A stretch of 51,492 nucleotides of DNA from a virus (lineage: Duplodnaviria > Caudoviricetes). The stretch is from the IMG/VR virus record IMGVR_UViG_3300032163_000020, positions 1-51,492 of that record. One strand, given 5' to 3'. The position numbers were made by a program, and so were the translations under genes. Below are positions 19,750-29,705 of the stretch, piece after piece. Positions within the stretch are counted from its first letter, which is position 1; each line of letters starts with the position of its first letter. A model generated the notes under the pieces. It was not told where the DNA came from and made no database searches. It saw only the letters and a list, made by a program, of their open reading frames with translations.

Positions 19750-20345
19750 TAAGTCAGTCCTTCCCATGTTTTAACCGATGCTTTAGCAAGACCGCCCACT
19801 GTTTTTACCGATGCTTTAGCAAGACCAAGAACTGTTTTGATTGCTGAACTTGCTGTTTCCGAATACACATAAAAACACATATCATAATAGGTGGTATAGT
19901 CTATCCAACCATTGAGATAGAGTGCGCAATATTCGGGATGCGATGGAGATGTACTATCAAAACCTGCATAAAGGTCAGCATAATCTCCATCATATTCACA
20001 AGAGATATAATATCTTGTCCCGTTGGTCAGAGTAACCCTTTGTGCCCCGGAAAAGGCGAACGTAATCAATCCATATGATGTACTTAATGAATTTATGTTT
20101 ACTGCGTCAGAGGTTGCTAATAAGGTTGCAGGTTTATGCGGCGAACCGTTATCAGAATATAATCTTGCGTATATATTCCCATATACAGTCACGCTTTTTT
20201 TCAAATAAAACTTACAACTATCCATAGGTTGTCCATTACCAACAAAAGACTGGGCCATATAGTGCATATAGTAGGAACTATCCATCCCAATTTGATAATC
20301 ACTACTTTTGTTTGATTCAGAATATGAGTCGATTAATGTTGCCAT
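19749..20345 (-). CDS. Beta-sandwich virion surface protein with C-terminal KTVxGLAKAS repeats
   Basis: AQSF, YARLYSDNG, LLATS and LTNGTRYYI pattern of extracellular beta-sandwich domains. Repeated tail IKTVLGLAKASVKTVGGLAKASVKT. Confidence 0.55.
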   Translation of the reverse strand: MATLIDSYSESNKSSDYQIGMDSSYYMHYMAQSFVGNGQPMDSCKFYLKKSVTVYGNIYARLYSDNGSPHKPATLLATSDAVNINSLSTSYGLITFAFSGAQRVTLTNGTRYYISCEYDGDYADLYAGFDSTSPSHPEYCALYLNGWIDYTTYYDMCFYVYSETASSAIKTVLGLAKASVKTVGGLAKASVKTWEGLT

Positions 20346-20358
20346 ATATTATTTTCCT

Positions 20359-20901
20359 TTATGCATATTCAAAAAACTCAAAATCATCTTTCAACCACTC
20401 ACGAATAATAGCCTCTGTTTCAGGGATATAGTATTGTATATAAGGTTTTTCTAACATACCCTTGCTTGGATCAATATGGGGAAGTTCTATATCAACTCCT
20501 ATCCTTTTACAGATTTCAATCCAATCCTCTTGTAAATTTTCAAACTTCCCCACAAAATCAACTTTCAGGTTTTTATCTTCATCACATAAAAACGCCACCT
20601 GAGATTTAAACGGAGTTGCATCTTCATGGCAATATATCCAATCGTTGAATTTCGTCATATCATTACTAACAAACATGTCGTAACAGGAAACCAATCTGTC
20701 TAATGGATTTCTTACTATTGAGAATTTAAAAAAATCATCAAGATTTATTCCTATAGTGTGATCTTTGACTATTTTCAACATCTCATTAACGGTTAAATGC
20801 CCACGACCACCCTCTGCCCCTAATGCCTTTTCAATACTTGAACCGGCAGTCTTAGGAATATGAATAAAGATAATTTTATTTTTAAAATCTATCAGACTCA
20901 T
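20359..20901 (-). CDS. Sulfotransferase (family 2, carbohydrate sulfotransferase-like)
   Basis: 5'-PSB loop FIHIPKTAGSSI, 3'-PB motif FSIVRNPLDRLVSCY, DFVGKFENL, and C-terminal DFEFFEY. Confidence 0.9.
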   Translation of the reverse strand: MSLIDFKNKIIFIHIPKTAGSSIEKALGAEGGRGHLTVNEMLKIVKDHTIGINLDDFFKFSIVRNPLDRLVSCYDMFVSNDMTKFNDWIYCHEDATPFKSQVAFLCDEDKNLKVDFVGKFENLQEDWIEICKRIGVDIELPHIDPSKGMLEKPYIQYYIPETEAIIREWLKDDFEFFEYA

Positions 20902-20902
20902 T

Positions 20903-21115
20903 TTATTTTTTGATATAAACTATAATTGATCTTTTGAACAAAGGAGCTATTTGTATATTGATAATTTGTTCATCGGCAATAGCCAAAGAATCTATTGCTG
21001 CGTTAATCTCTTTAATAAATACATCTGAATCTAAGAATTCTTTGCTGTCGATTGCTTTTATATATTTGCTTACCGCCTCCTCAGAATGCTGAACGATTTC
21101 TATTCTAACTGCCAT
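20903..21115 (-). CDS. Small hypothetical protein
   Basis: 70 aa from ATG 21115 with AAGGAGG RBS. Confidence 0.55.
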   Translation of the reverse strand: MAVRIEIVQHSEEAVSKYIKAIDSKEFLDSDVFIKEINAAIDSLAIADEQIINIQIAPLFKRSIIVYIKK

Positions 21116-21126
21116 AAATCCTCCTT

Positions 21127-22188
<1,062 letters not shown>

Positions 22189-22264
22189 TAATTTCTCCTT
22201 TTAAAATTCAATATTTCAGGAAAGGGAGAAGGTTTCTCCCCTCCGCGAAAAAGTGAAGTTATTA

Positions 22265-22480
22265 TTAGAATTTATATAAAACAACGCTGCCGTAGATCGC
22301 CACGCGCCAATTTTTAAGAATGTCCGACGCCATATTCAGTCCTTCTATATTTCTCAGCGTGGTCAGCCCGATACTCGGTTTAAACGTGAACCCCGATTTA
22401 TCGACCATATCTACATCATAATTAACTTTAAGTCCCGGCCCTGACAAATGGTAAAGTTTATCTGTTACTTTTGCAATCAT
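22265..22480 (-). CDS. Hypothetical protein
   Basis: 71 aa, start overlaps the upstream stop. Confidence 0.5.
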   Translation of the reverse strand: MIAKVTDKLYHLSGPGLKVNYDVDMVDKSGFTFKPSIGLTTLRNIEGLNMASDILKNWRVAIYGSVVLYKF

Positions 22481-22761
22481 TATACCCCTGCACTTACATC
22501 ACTAATGCCGCTCGGATTTGACTTCGCGGGCGGAAATAATGTACCTGCAAGCACGTCAATTATCGGAGAGAGCAAAGGGGCTAATGTATCCATAGTCTTT
22601 TTCTGGCCACCTGTACTGAGTTGCTGTAACCCGCTAACGAGAGTCCCTGCCATATCGGTAACCGCCTGTTTTTTAGCCACTCCCGTCCCGCTACCAAATA
22701 ATTTCTCGGCAAGACTTATCAGGGTCGGTAGGGCACCTAAAATCGCTATTAAAATATTCAT
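22480..22761 (-). CDS. Lysis-region amphipathic/membrane protein
   Basis: Likely start MNILIAILGALP at 22761 (ATGA overlap, GGAGGTG RBS). Contains a GxGxxKK motif. Confidence 0.55.
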   Translation of the reverse strand: MNILIAILGALPTLISLAEKLFGSGTGVAKKQAVTDMAGTLVSGLQQLSTGGQKKTMDTLAPLLSPIIDVLAGTLFPPAKSNPSGISDVSAGV

Positions 22762-23150
22762 TCCGATTTCACCTCCTTTAGAACTGGGATTTGTTGCATG
22801 GCTTTTATTAATAACACCGCCATTTCGCCTCTTGTAACTGGTCTGTCCGGACAATAATTGCCATTGCCGCAACCAGACGTGATATTAAGTCTTTTAAGTT
22901 TTTCTATGTATTTGCAGAAAGTCTCTCCGCCACTCATCTGTGCGTTAACATCATTGAATACTTTTCCAGTGCAAACGTCAGTAGGAATTAAATCTGGCAA
23001 TACATCTAAAGTAATGCCATTATTGGTCATTTTGAGTGAATTAAGTGTCCAACAAGAACCATTAATATCTACATCAAAGGCATCGGCACATCCGGTCAGC
23101 AAAAACAATGCCAGGAAAATAACTCCTAAAACTGTAATGACATCTTTCAT
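22758..23150 (-). CDS. Lipoprotein with S-layer homology (SLH) domain
   Basis: Signal peptide ending in lipobox LLTG-C. FNDV...YIEKL...ITSGC...YCPDRPVTRGEMAVLL matches the SLH consensus (TRxE). Confidence 0.8.
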   Translation of the reverse strand: MKDVITVLGVIFLALFLLTGCADAFDVDINGSCWTLNSLKMTNNGITLDVLPDLIPTDVCTGKVFNDVNAQMSGGETFCKYIEKLKRLNITSGCGNGNYCPDRPVTRGEMAVLLIKAMQQIPVLKEVKSE

Positions 23151-23332
23151 TACTGTTGAACCGTCCCGCCAGTGACCCGCTTGTCCTTAGCGCAGTAGAA
23201 TGCAATTGCAACCATTACCGCCGTAATCGCATTAGCCAATCGTTGTGAGAGACTTAACTGAGGCATGAGCCATTGCCATAAGTGCGGTAACGCTGCAAGT
23301 ATCCCAAATAGGGTTGTTTGCCAATTTTTCAT
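23150..23332 (-). CDS. Putative holin
   Basis: 60 aa, MKNWQTTLFG...AKD pattern, two hydrophobic segments, adjacent to the endolysin. Confidence 0.7.
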   Translation of the reverse strand: MKNWQTTLFGILAALPHLWQWLMPQLSLSQRLANAITAVMVAIAFYCAKDKRVTGGTVQQ

Positions 23333-23364
23333 ATTGATCTCCTTCGCTTGTTGTCATATTTTGT

Positions 23365-23856
23365 TCATGTAATAGAGCAATCGACTTCCTTTTTAATTTC
23401 TAAATGCGGCCAGTCCTGATTCTTGAAGTTTCTGCCTGAATAAAGACCAAGCCTTTCACCAATCAATGCACATTCCCTGTAATCGGGAATCTCGTTGTCA
23501 TTCACATTTGCCTTCAAATCCCACGTTGCTTTTCCATCTTTAACGACTGCGAAGTCAAACGCCCTTGATTTATCGTTATCCTGTCTGTCGTCGTCGAGAT
23601 TTACAATGTGATTACTTCTGAGTGTCCATGTCACTTTATAAGTGTTCTCTTGCAAACGGAGGGGTAACATGCCTGCAATCTTCCTGAACTTATTGACAAT
23701 ATCTAAGGGTTCCCTGTCCTGACAATAAAGGGCATACTGCTCTTTGTAATCCCGGTCAACCGAGGTTATGACTACCTTGATACCGGCAACGGCGCATTGC
23801 TCAATAAATTGTTCTATAAGTTCGGGATGCTCAAATTTATTAGGGTCTCGGCTCAT
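23365..23856 (-). CDS. Endolysin, peptidase M15 (L-Ala-D-Glu peptidase-like)
   Basis: R...EQ..LY, VTWT..SNH, AFD and DWPHLE Zn-peptidase motifs. Likely start MSRDP at 23856. Confidence 0.85.
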   Translation of the reverse strand: MSRDPNKFEHPELIEQFIEQCAVAGIKVVITSVDRDYKEQYALYCQDREPLDIVNKFRKIAGMLPLRLQENTYKVTWTLRSNHIVNLDDDRQDNDKSRAFDFAVVKDGKATWDLKANVNDNEIPDYRECALIGERLGLYSGRNFKNQDWPHLEIKKEVDCSIT

Positions 23857-24035
23857 TGTCTTTTCCTCCCTCTCTCTACCCAGCACCATACGCAATCATT
23901 GTCAGTCGTACTTCCCATGCAAATATGTCCGGGATGATTAAAGCAAATCATTTTCATCATAAGATTGCCATTACACCACTTCACCATAGCGTTGCGTTCT
24001 GCATCGGTCAAGTTATAATGGGATTTACCTTGCAT
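23853..24035 (-). CDS. Small Cys/His-rich hypothetical protein
   Basis: 60 aa, coupled to both neighbours. Confidence 0.5.
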   Translation of the reverse strand: MQGKSHYNLTDAERNAMVKWCNGNLMMKMICFNHPGHICMGSTTDNDCVWCWVERGRKRQ

Positions 24036-24036
24036 A

Positions 24037-24474
24037 TTATCCTCTATCCTCTAATCTACGGATTTGTTGATCTTTCTCGGATAGTTTTGCTTTGAGATTC
24101 TTTATTTGTTCTTGCCAGTCTGCCGATATAATTCTTCTCAACTCAGATACTTCTGTTCGTAATGATGCAAAATCCTCTTTAAGTGCTTCTGTAGCTGTCG
24201 TCAGGTTGTTTACCGTTTTGTCTAGCTTTGCAAGTGTTCCGTCTTCCGCGCGAAGTTTCTTCTGTAGTGTATCCATTTCGGGGATTTTCCTTGATTCAAT
24301 TAGTGCCTTACACGTCCCACAGATTTCATCACTTCCGTGAACTATAGCCTTTCTGTTTAGGTTTAACTTGATCTTTTCAGATACATAAATCCCGGCAACG
24401 AATAGCAAAAACGACATTAAGATTAAAGCAATGACTTCATGAAATTGAATTGCGACCTGAAAAGGTAAATTCAT
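24037..24474 (-). CDS. Membrane-anchored coiled-coil protein (lysis region)
   Basis: N-terminal TM segment, CxxC, then coiled coil. GGAGG RBS. Confidence 0.6.
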   Translation of the reverse strand: MNLPFQVAIQFHEVIALILMSFLLFVAGIYVSEKIKLNLNRKAIVHGSDEICGTCKALIESRKIPEMDTLQKKLRAEDGTLAKLDKTVNNLTTATEALKEDFASLRTEVSELRRIISADWQEQIKNLKAKLSEKDQQIRRLEDRG

Positions 24475-24524
24475 CTACCAAAACCTCCATTTATCAGACA
24501 AGATTTTGTACCACTGTCCATATC

Positions 24525-24701
24525 TCAATACTTAGAACTCTTACTCTTTGCTTCAGGTGGATCGTCTACACATCTTGGACATACCTTCTTACCTGTCCAT
24601 TCTTCTACCATTTCAGATTCGTGGTAATCAAACTTACATCTTGGACAGGTCACCCACTTATCGTTCTTTTTGAAACTTAATCCTTTATGTGTGACTCGCA
24701 T
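24525..24701 (-). CDS. Small Zn-ribbon protein (not in ORF track)
   Basis: Manual translation: MRVTHKGLSFKKNDKWVTCPRCKFDYHESEMVEEWTGKKVCPRCVDDPPEAKSKSSKY. Two CPRC motifs. Start overlaps the upstream TAA. Confidence 0.7.
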   Translation of the reverse strand: MRVTHKGLSFKKNDKWVTCPRCKFDYHESEMVEEWTGKKVCPRCVDDPPEAKSKSSKY

Positions 24702-25081
24702 TATGTGTGTTTCCTTAGATGGAGAATGATAACATAAGTGTCGCCATTAGTGTGACCAAAGGTTGTGAATGCAAGATCGCCTGTTATACCAGTACTGGCA
24801 TTGTTTGATAATGCTGGAGAGAACGTCATATCTCCTATTTGATTGCTTGGGATGAGGAGTGCTACTACATCTGCGCTAGCTTCCCATAGCATCTTAACGC
24901 CCATACCGTCGGTCATATATTGGACTCTTGCGATTGATACAGTTGAACAGGCAGGGGTTAATGCACTTACATCAACTTTAACAACATCGGATTCACCTGT
25001 TCCATCAGAGACACTGAGAAACTTTATAACAATCTTGCTCGCGCTTTCTGTGAGTATTTGTGTGGATACTGCGTCTGCCAT
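24701..25081 (-). CDS. Virion structural protein
   Basis: 126 aa (MADAVSTQ...SDGTGES.VVKVDVSAL...TGD), in the head-accessory block. Confidence 0.65.
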   Translation of the reverse strand: MADAVSTQILTESASKIVIKFLSVSDGTGESDVVKVDVSALTPACSTVSIARVQYMTDGMGVKMLWEASADVVALLIPSNQIGDMTFSPALSNNASTGITGDLAFTTFGHTNGDTYVIILHLRKHT

Positions 25082-25100
25082 ATTAATCTCCTTAATGAGT

Positions 25101-25135
25101 GGGGATGTACGATCAAGGTGTGAACGTACATCCCC
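25101..25135. other. Intergenic hairpin with perfect 11-bp stem
   Basis: GGGGATGTACG...CGTACATCCCC. No U-tract on the transcribed strand. Confidence 0.6.
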
Positions 25136-25144
25136 TTAGATTAA

Positions 25145-26134
25145 TTACGCTGCGTTTACTGCTACTCCTTGACCTGCTGTTGCTGCTACAACACTTGAAG
25201 TTACAAATACTCCTGTTGTAGTAGACATCTTTGTTACATTAACTGCGTAACAAAGCGGGTTAAGGACGATTGCACCAACAGTTAAAGTTGCTGCACTTGC
25301 AATAGCTTGTGCAGGTACTGCAGTGGAGTTTGCGGCATTGATGAAACCTGTGTTTTTGAAGAGCAGAAGTCTCTCAACATCAGCGTCTGCAGCTGCATAT
25401 ACAAATCTATTATTGATGTGGCTTGACCTTCTCCATACAAGGCAGTTGGTGAAAGTGTTATCTCTCATAACCTTTCCCGCTCCTGCAATAGCTCTGGTTA
25501 AGAGTATGTTGGCGCGGATAATAGTTCCTGAGACAAGATTAGCAAGAGAACCAATAGTACATCCATTGAACTGTGCGGAGTCACCATTAAGAACCAAGTC
25601 AGCTGCACCCGTCTGATCAAGGTCGGTTTCTTTGTATACCTCGCAGTTGTTCATAACAAGATACTCACCACCGTCAATAAACGAGTATATACCTTCAGCA
25701 ACAGTACTCATATTTCTGAATTTAATGTTAGTAAAACTGTTTCTCACACCTGTATTTATTACAGTAGCTAAATTAAGAGCGCCAGTAAGGGCGGTGAGAT
25801 CTATCTTTGCATTCTGTCCATATAGCCTACTTGTTCCATCAAGGCCAACAAAATGGATTCTGTTTTTAGCTACAGTTAACATTTCAGTTAGTGTGTGTTC
25901 AGTATTACCAACGAGACAAATTACATCGTCTTTATTAGTCGTTGCGGCGTCGTACGCCTTTGAAATAGTTTTCCACGGCCTTCTAATACTGTTTGCTTTT
26001 GTAGAAACACCATCACTTCCATTACCATAATCAACAAACGTTGTTGTGCCGGATGTTACTGGAATCCCACCACCGCCCCACATTGGAATACCATTCCAGG
26101 ATGGGCCACCTGCTCCAAAATCGTATGTACTCAT
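25145..26134 (-). CDS. Beta-helix (pectin lyase-like) virion protein
   Basis: FVDYGNGSDG...PWKTISKA...DVI N-terminal motif of right-handed beta-helix proteins, with F.NC repeats. Confidence 0.65.
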   Translation of the reverse strand: MSTYDFGAGGPSWNGIPMWGGGGIPVTSGTTTFVDYGNGSDGVSTKANSIRRPWKTISKAYDAATTNKDDVICLVGNTEHTLTEMLTVAKNRIHFVGLDGTSRLYGQNAKIDLTALTGALNLATVINTGVRNSFTNIKFRNMSTVAEGIYSFIDGGEYLVMNNCEVYKETDLDQTGAADLVLNGDSAQFNGCTIGSLANLVSGTIIRANILLTRAIAGAGKVMRDNTFTNCLVWRRSSHINNRFVYAAADADVERLLLFKNTGFINAANSTAVPAQAIASAATLTVGAIVLNPLCYAVNVTKMSTTTGVFVTSSVVAATAGQGVAVNAA

Positions 26135-26308
26135 TCTATCCTCCAGGTTACTTCCCCATCTGCTTTGCAGACAGAGGATTTTTTATGCTATGTTTACGTT
26201 TAGTTTGAGGAGAGGGTGACACTTGCTGCCTTACGCAAGCAAGTGCCTTTCCCCCAATCATAGGTCGCCTTGTTCGCAGAGGGTTGCCTATGTCACGTGT
26301 TAAACCCA
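26135..26308 (-). ncRNA. Candidate structured RNA element downstream of the major capsid gene
   Basis: Three consecutive stems on the transcript: CAUAGG/CCUAUG, CACUUGC/GCAAGUG and UCUG/CAGA within AUCCUC/GAGGAU. Confidence 0.4.
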
Positions 26309-27202
26309 TTATCCGCCGCTACTTCCGTAAATGCCGCGAGGGTCAGTGCAACCAGCTACGAATCTCATCGTCGATTTGTACTGTGCATTATCGGTCTGGA
26401 AGTCGCTGTCGTTGGCAAATTCCTTCTGCCTTCTCCAGAAGAAGTTAAGGCAGTTAGGCGCGTCAGTCTTAATCCACCAAGCATCGCTATCGGTGAGGAA
26501 GTGGCCGACAAATACACCTTCCGGCATCGTACCCTGTGCAGGGTTGATGTCGTTGTTGGCACCACCGGGCAACTGGGCAGATTTCAGAATCTGGTCAGCC
26601 ATAAATGCGTTCGCGGGGCTAACGATAAGCTTGCGAGCCATTGCACGATACTTCAAGCCACGATCATTAACAAACTCTCCGATGCCAATTAAGGATTGCT
26701 CGTATGAAGTTATGTCGAGATCGGCGGAGGGGTCAAGCCTGTTGCTCCAAGTTCCACCTTTGTATGGATGGGTAGTGGAACAAATATAAGAGGCATCAGC
26801 ACTTTTGTTGGTGGCGAAGCAGTTGTTGAGAATGTCGAAAGCATAGATTTCAACAGTCTCGTTCATACTCCGTGCTAACGATTTTGGGCGCTGATTCATC
26901 TGGCGGTACTGGTCGTCTTCGTACATTACACGAGTGATGATGAAACCAAGGCCATACAGAATCGCAGTATATGTCTGTTTGTAAGTACGATATACTGTAT
27001 CGTAAGTGATGGGATCAGCCTCACCCATTGCCACCGCGAGAGCGAAGCTACTGAGACCAAAGTCAGTTTCGGTTGCTTTAACTGTGCTTTGTATATCAAA
27101 AACCTTGCTAAACTCTTCCGCCCAAGCTCTGTCCTCTGTCCCCCATATTGTGCGAAGACCAGGTTCAAGAAGTTCAGGCATGTCTTTAGTATATATTGGC
27201 AT
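26309..27202 (-). CDS. Major capsid protein
   Basis: ELLEPGL N-terminal motif, YGLGF.IT, L..SM..T.E, NDINP, FLTD.DAW and DPRGIYGS. Follows scaffold and decoration genes. Confidence 0.9.
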   Translation of the reverse strand: MPIYTKDMPELLEPGLRTIWGTEDRAWAEEFSKVFDIQSTVKATETDFGLSSFALAVAMGEADPITYDTVYRTYKQTYTAILYGLGFIITRVMYEDDQYRQMNQRPKSLARSMNETVEIYAFDILNNCFATNKSADASYICSTTHPYKGGTWSNRLDPSADLDITSYEQSLIGIGEFVNDRGLKYRAMARKLIVSPANAFMADQILKSAQLPGGANNDINPAQGTMPEGVFVGHFLTDSDAWWIKTDAPNCLNFFWRRQKEFANDSDFQTDNAQYKSTMRFVAGCTDPRGIYGSSGG

Positions 27203-27215
27203 TTACATTACCTCC

Positions 27216-27734
27216 TTATATTCCGACTGCGCCAGCACCTTTATAACGGTGCTCGTTGAAGATTACTTTTAGTTTGCAATGTTCACCCCAAGCGTTATCG
27301 GGGGAATCGACTTTGCCAATCACTAAAAACATTGCTGTTTGATTCGAAGCGGCCGCAAGCTCCATAATGGAAAGATAAGTTATGCTGCTTCCAGCGGCGT
27401 AGGTGATCATGTCGGCTGAAGCACCAACCTCGGTGAGGCCAGGTGTCTGACCTGTGGTGGACTGTACAGCCCAAATGATATACGGGTCGTCGAAGACCTG
27501 AATTGTTTTGCCACCAGCACTGGCGCTATCGTTTACATAGTCAGCCGCAACACCTATACACTTTACATCATCAGTCGCGGCTATTACTTGTACTGTGCCA
27601 GCACCAACCAACATCACTGGATCATTCTTATATATAGTCTGGCCTGTGGTAACTGTATAGGTGTGTGACCTAATCTGACCACCGGTGAGATGATCGATAG
27701 GTTCAAAACCGCTTGAGAAATCTTTATTTGCCAT
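27216..27734 (-). CDS. Putative capsid decoration/minor head protein
   Basis: MANKD...GFEP, IYKNDPV, V.DDP and DNAWG. Directly upstream of the capsid gene. Confidence 0.65.
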   Translation of the reverse strand: MANKDFSSGFEPIDHLTGGQIRSHTYTVTTGQTIYKNDPVMLVGAGTVQVIAATDDVKCIGVAADYVNDSASAGGKTIQVFDDPYIIWAVQSTTGQTPGLTEVGASADMITYAAGSSITYLSIMELAAASNQTAMFLVIGKVDSPDNAWGEHCKLKVIFNEHRYKGAGAVGI

Positions 27735-27751
27735 TTTCCTTTTTAACCTCC

Positions 27752-28138
27752 TTAAGTCTTACTTTCGTCTTCAAATTCGCTGTAGGTTAAACCTTTGCCT
27801 CCAGCATCATCTACAAATTTACGTTTTGTTTCTGCAAGTACTTCCTTTGATTTTGCAGCGAAGTATGCATCACGGCCTTTAGCCATCGCCTCTGGCATTT
27901 TACATAAGATAAGATTGCGCTTGGTGACATATGTACCAAGTGGTGTGCCGTCGATGATAGTGCGTGTAAGGTAATCCTTTGCCTCTATTGGAATCCAACC
28001 TTCGGTCTTGCTCTTTTCCAGATTGTCTTTGCGAACCCAGCGAAGGCGAAAACCTGGGATGGGTTTCACATCAAGAATTTGAGCTGGCTTCCAAGGAGTT
28101 GTACTTTCGTTTGCTGTGTTTGGTTTTACTGTTTCCAT
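27752..28138 (-). CDS. Conserved head-module protein
   Basis: W.P...L, PGFRLRWVR, EGW and LILCKMP motifs. Between scaffold and decoration genes. Confidence 0.65.
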   Translation of the reverse strand: METVKPNTANESTTPWKPAQILDVKPIPGFRLRWVRKDNLEKSKTEGWIPIEAKDYLTRTIIDGTPLGTYVTKRNLILCKMPEAMAKGRDAYFAAKSKEVLAETKRKFVDDAGGKGLTYSEFEDESKT

Positions 28139-28986
28139 TATTTCACTCCTGCGGCACGTTGCCTATTTATTAATGATTTTTGCTTTGCATAGTCTTCGTT
28201 ACTTACGCCAAGGTTGCGAGCAAGGTCTTGTTCGACGGAGGAGAGTTTTACAACTGTAACACGACCACTTCCGCCAGCGCCCTCAACTCCATCTTGGCTA
28301 CGCCCATTCCCACGCGGCTTCGGTTTATAATCAAACTCTTTCTCAACTCTGAGTTTAACCTCAGCAAGGATTTCAGATAAATCGGCATACTCAAAGTCAG
28401 GGTCTTGCCATACTTCTTTCTCCATCTTGATGGCAGCCCCTCTCATCTTAGGGTCTGTGCGATACCACTCGGTGGAGTGAATCCAGCTTTTGTAGATTTT
28501 CTCGTCTTCAGGTTTAATACCTTCTTCAGCAGTAGGAGTAGGTTTAACCACAACCTTCGGTGCTGCCTTCATCTCCTTAATCTCAAACTTAAGATCAACG
28601 ATTTTGTCGTCAATATCGCTCTCTTTGTCGAAGTCAGCCTTCTCTCGCGCTTCGCGCTTTGCCGCTTTCAACTCGGAGAGTTTTGCATCGAGTTTACTAA
28701 CTTCATCATCTTTAGTGGTATCAGAGATTGCCCCTTTTACACTGTCGAGGGACTCGACGATTGCCTTGTTCCATTTGCGCATCTCTTCAATGCCTGCTTC
28801 TTTAGCGGCAAGTTGCTGCTTAAGTTCTTTAGCTTCTTCAATAGCGCGTTCGCCCTCTTTTGCTTTCCAATATATCTTGTTCCAGCGAGCTGACCCTTCA
28901 GGAGGATCTTCCTGCTTCTTTCCCTTTCCAGTTTCATCAGAATTTGCTTTTTCTTCTTCTACTTTTACTTCAAGTTCGTCTGCCAT
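28138..28986 (-). CDS. Capsid scaffolding protein
   Basis: Highly charged coiled coil, W...W motif, C-terminal VKLS..E...A..LGVS.EDYAK. Confidence 0.75.
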   Translation of the reverse strand: MADELEVKVEEEKANSDETGKGKKQEDPPEGSARWNKIYWKAKEGERAIEEAKELKQQLAAKEAGIEEMRKWNKAIVESLDSVKGAISDTTKDDEVSKLDAKLSELKAAKREAREKADFDKESDIDDKIVDLKFEIKEMKAAPKVVVKPTPTAEEGIKPEDEKIYKSWIHSTEWYRTDPKMRGAAIKMEKEVWQDPDFEYADLSEILAEVKLRVEKEFDYKPKPRGNGRSQDGVEGAGGSGRVTVVKLSSVEQDLARNLGVSNEDYAKQKSLINRQRAAGVK

Positions 28987-29013
28987 TTCAGTCTCCTTTG
29001 CGCCGCGATGCGG

Positions 29014-29148
29014 CTATTTACCCTTATGTTTAAAGTATTCCACTTCAGCAAGGCGAGCCTTTGCAGCCTTCTTTGACATAGGCTTTGATAGGTTCTTACC
29101 ACTGTGGGAGACTACCTTATATAAACCTCCACCAACAGGTTTAATCAT
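29014..29148 (-). CDS. Small basic protein (not in ORF track)
   Basis: MIKPVGGGLYKVVSHSGKNLSKPMSKKAAKARLAEVEYFKHKGK. Fills the gap between the groES-like and scaffold genes. Confidence 0.65.
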   Translation of the reverse strand: MIKPVGGGLYKVVSHSGKNLSKPMSKKAAKARLAEVEYFKHKGK

Positions 29149-29527
29149 TGGACTTATACCTTCCGAGAAGGTCTTCTTCGTTCATCACACGGTATTGCAT
29201 ATCGAGAACCCAACTGCCACTGTAACGACCATAGAACACCTTGTCACCGGGTTTGCAGAAATCGACGTTATCGCCACAAGCGATTACCCATCCGAAGTTC
29301 GTCTGCATTTCGCCTTCTTTCTGGGCGGAGACTGGGATGTATAAACCTTTAGACTTCTCGACTTCGGCTTGCACAACGTAAACCCTACCAGGATACGGGA
29401 CTATTGGAAAGTCCTTGATTATTTGTGCTATGTTGACAGGTTTATACTCTACCTCTTCCTGTGTAACATCATTACCAAACACTGGCTTTGAATAATCAAT
29501 GCGTCTGTCAGTTACTATCTGGGGCAT
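29141..29527 (-). CDS. groES: GroES-like co-chaperonin
   Basis: P..GRVYV, GLYIP mobile loop, G.VIACG, KPGDKV.YGRYSG and MNEEDLLG. Confidence 0.85.
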   Translation of the reverse strand: MPQIVTDRRIDYSKPVFGNDVTQEEVEYKPVNIAQIIKDFPIVPYPGRVYVVQAEVEKSKGLYIPVSAQKEGEMQTNFGWVIACGDNVDFCKPGDKVFYGRYSGSWVLDMQYRVMNEEDLLGRYKSND

Positions 29528-29705
29528 CTTTCTCTTCCATCCTTTCTATTGTATTAATTGCTTGGCTAAAGCCAATCACAGTGGCTACTGCTTCAAGTTT
29601 ATTAGTAGCAGAGAGTATTGATTCGAGATGTTTTTGCCTCTCGCTGCGGAGGAAAGCAATAACATCCTTTGTTTTCTGGAGATTAAGCCAATCTTTGATT
29701 AGCAC
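29508..29705 (-). CDS. Small helical protein downstream of portal
   Basis: Likely GTG start at 29705 (MLIKDWLNLQKT...). Confidence 0.55.
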   Translation of the reverse strand: MLIKDWLNLQKTKDVIAFLRSERQKHLESILSATNKLEAVATVIGFSQAINTIERMEEKDAPDSN

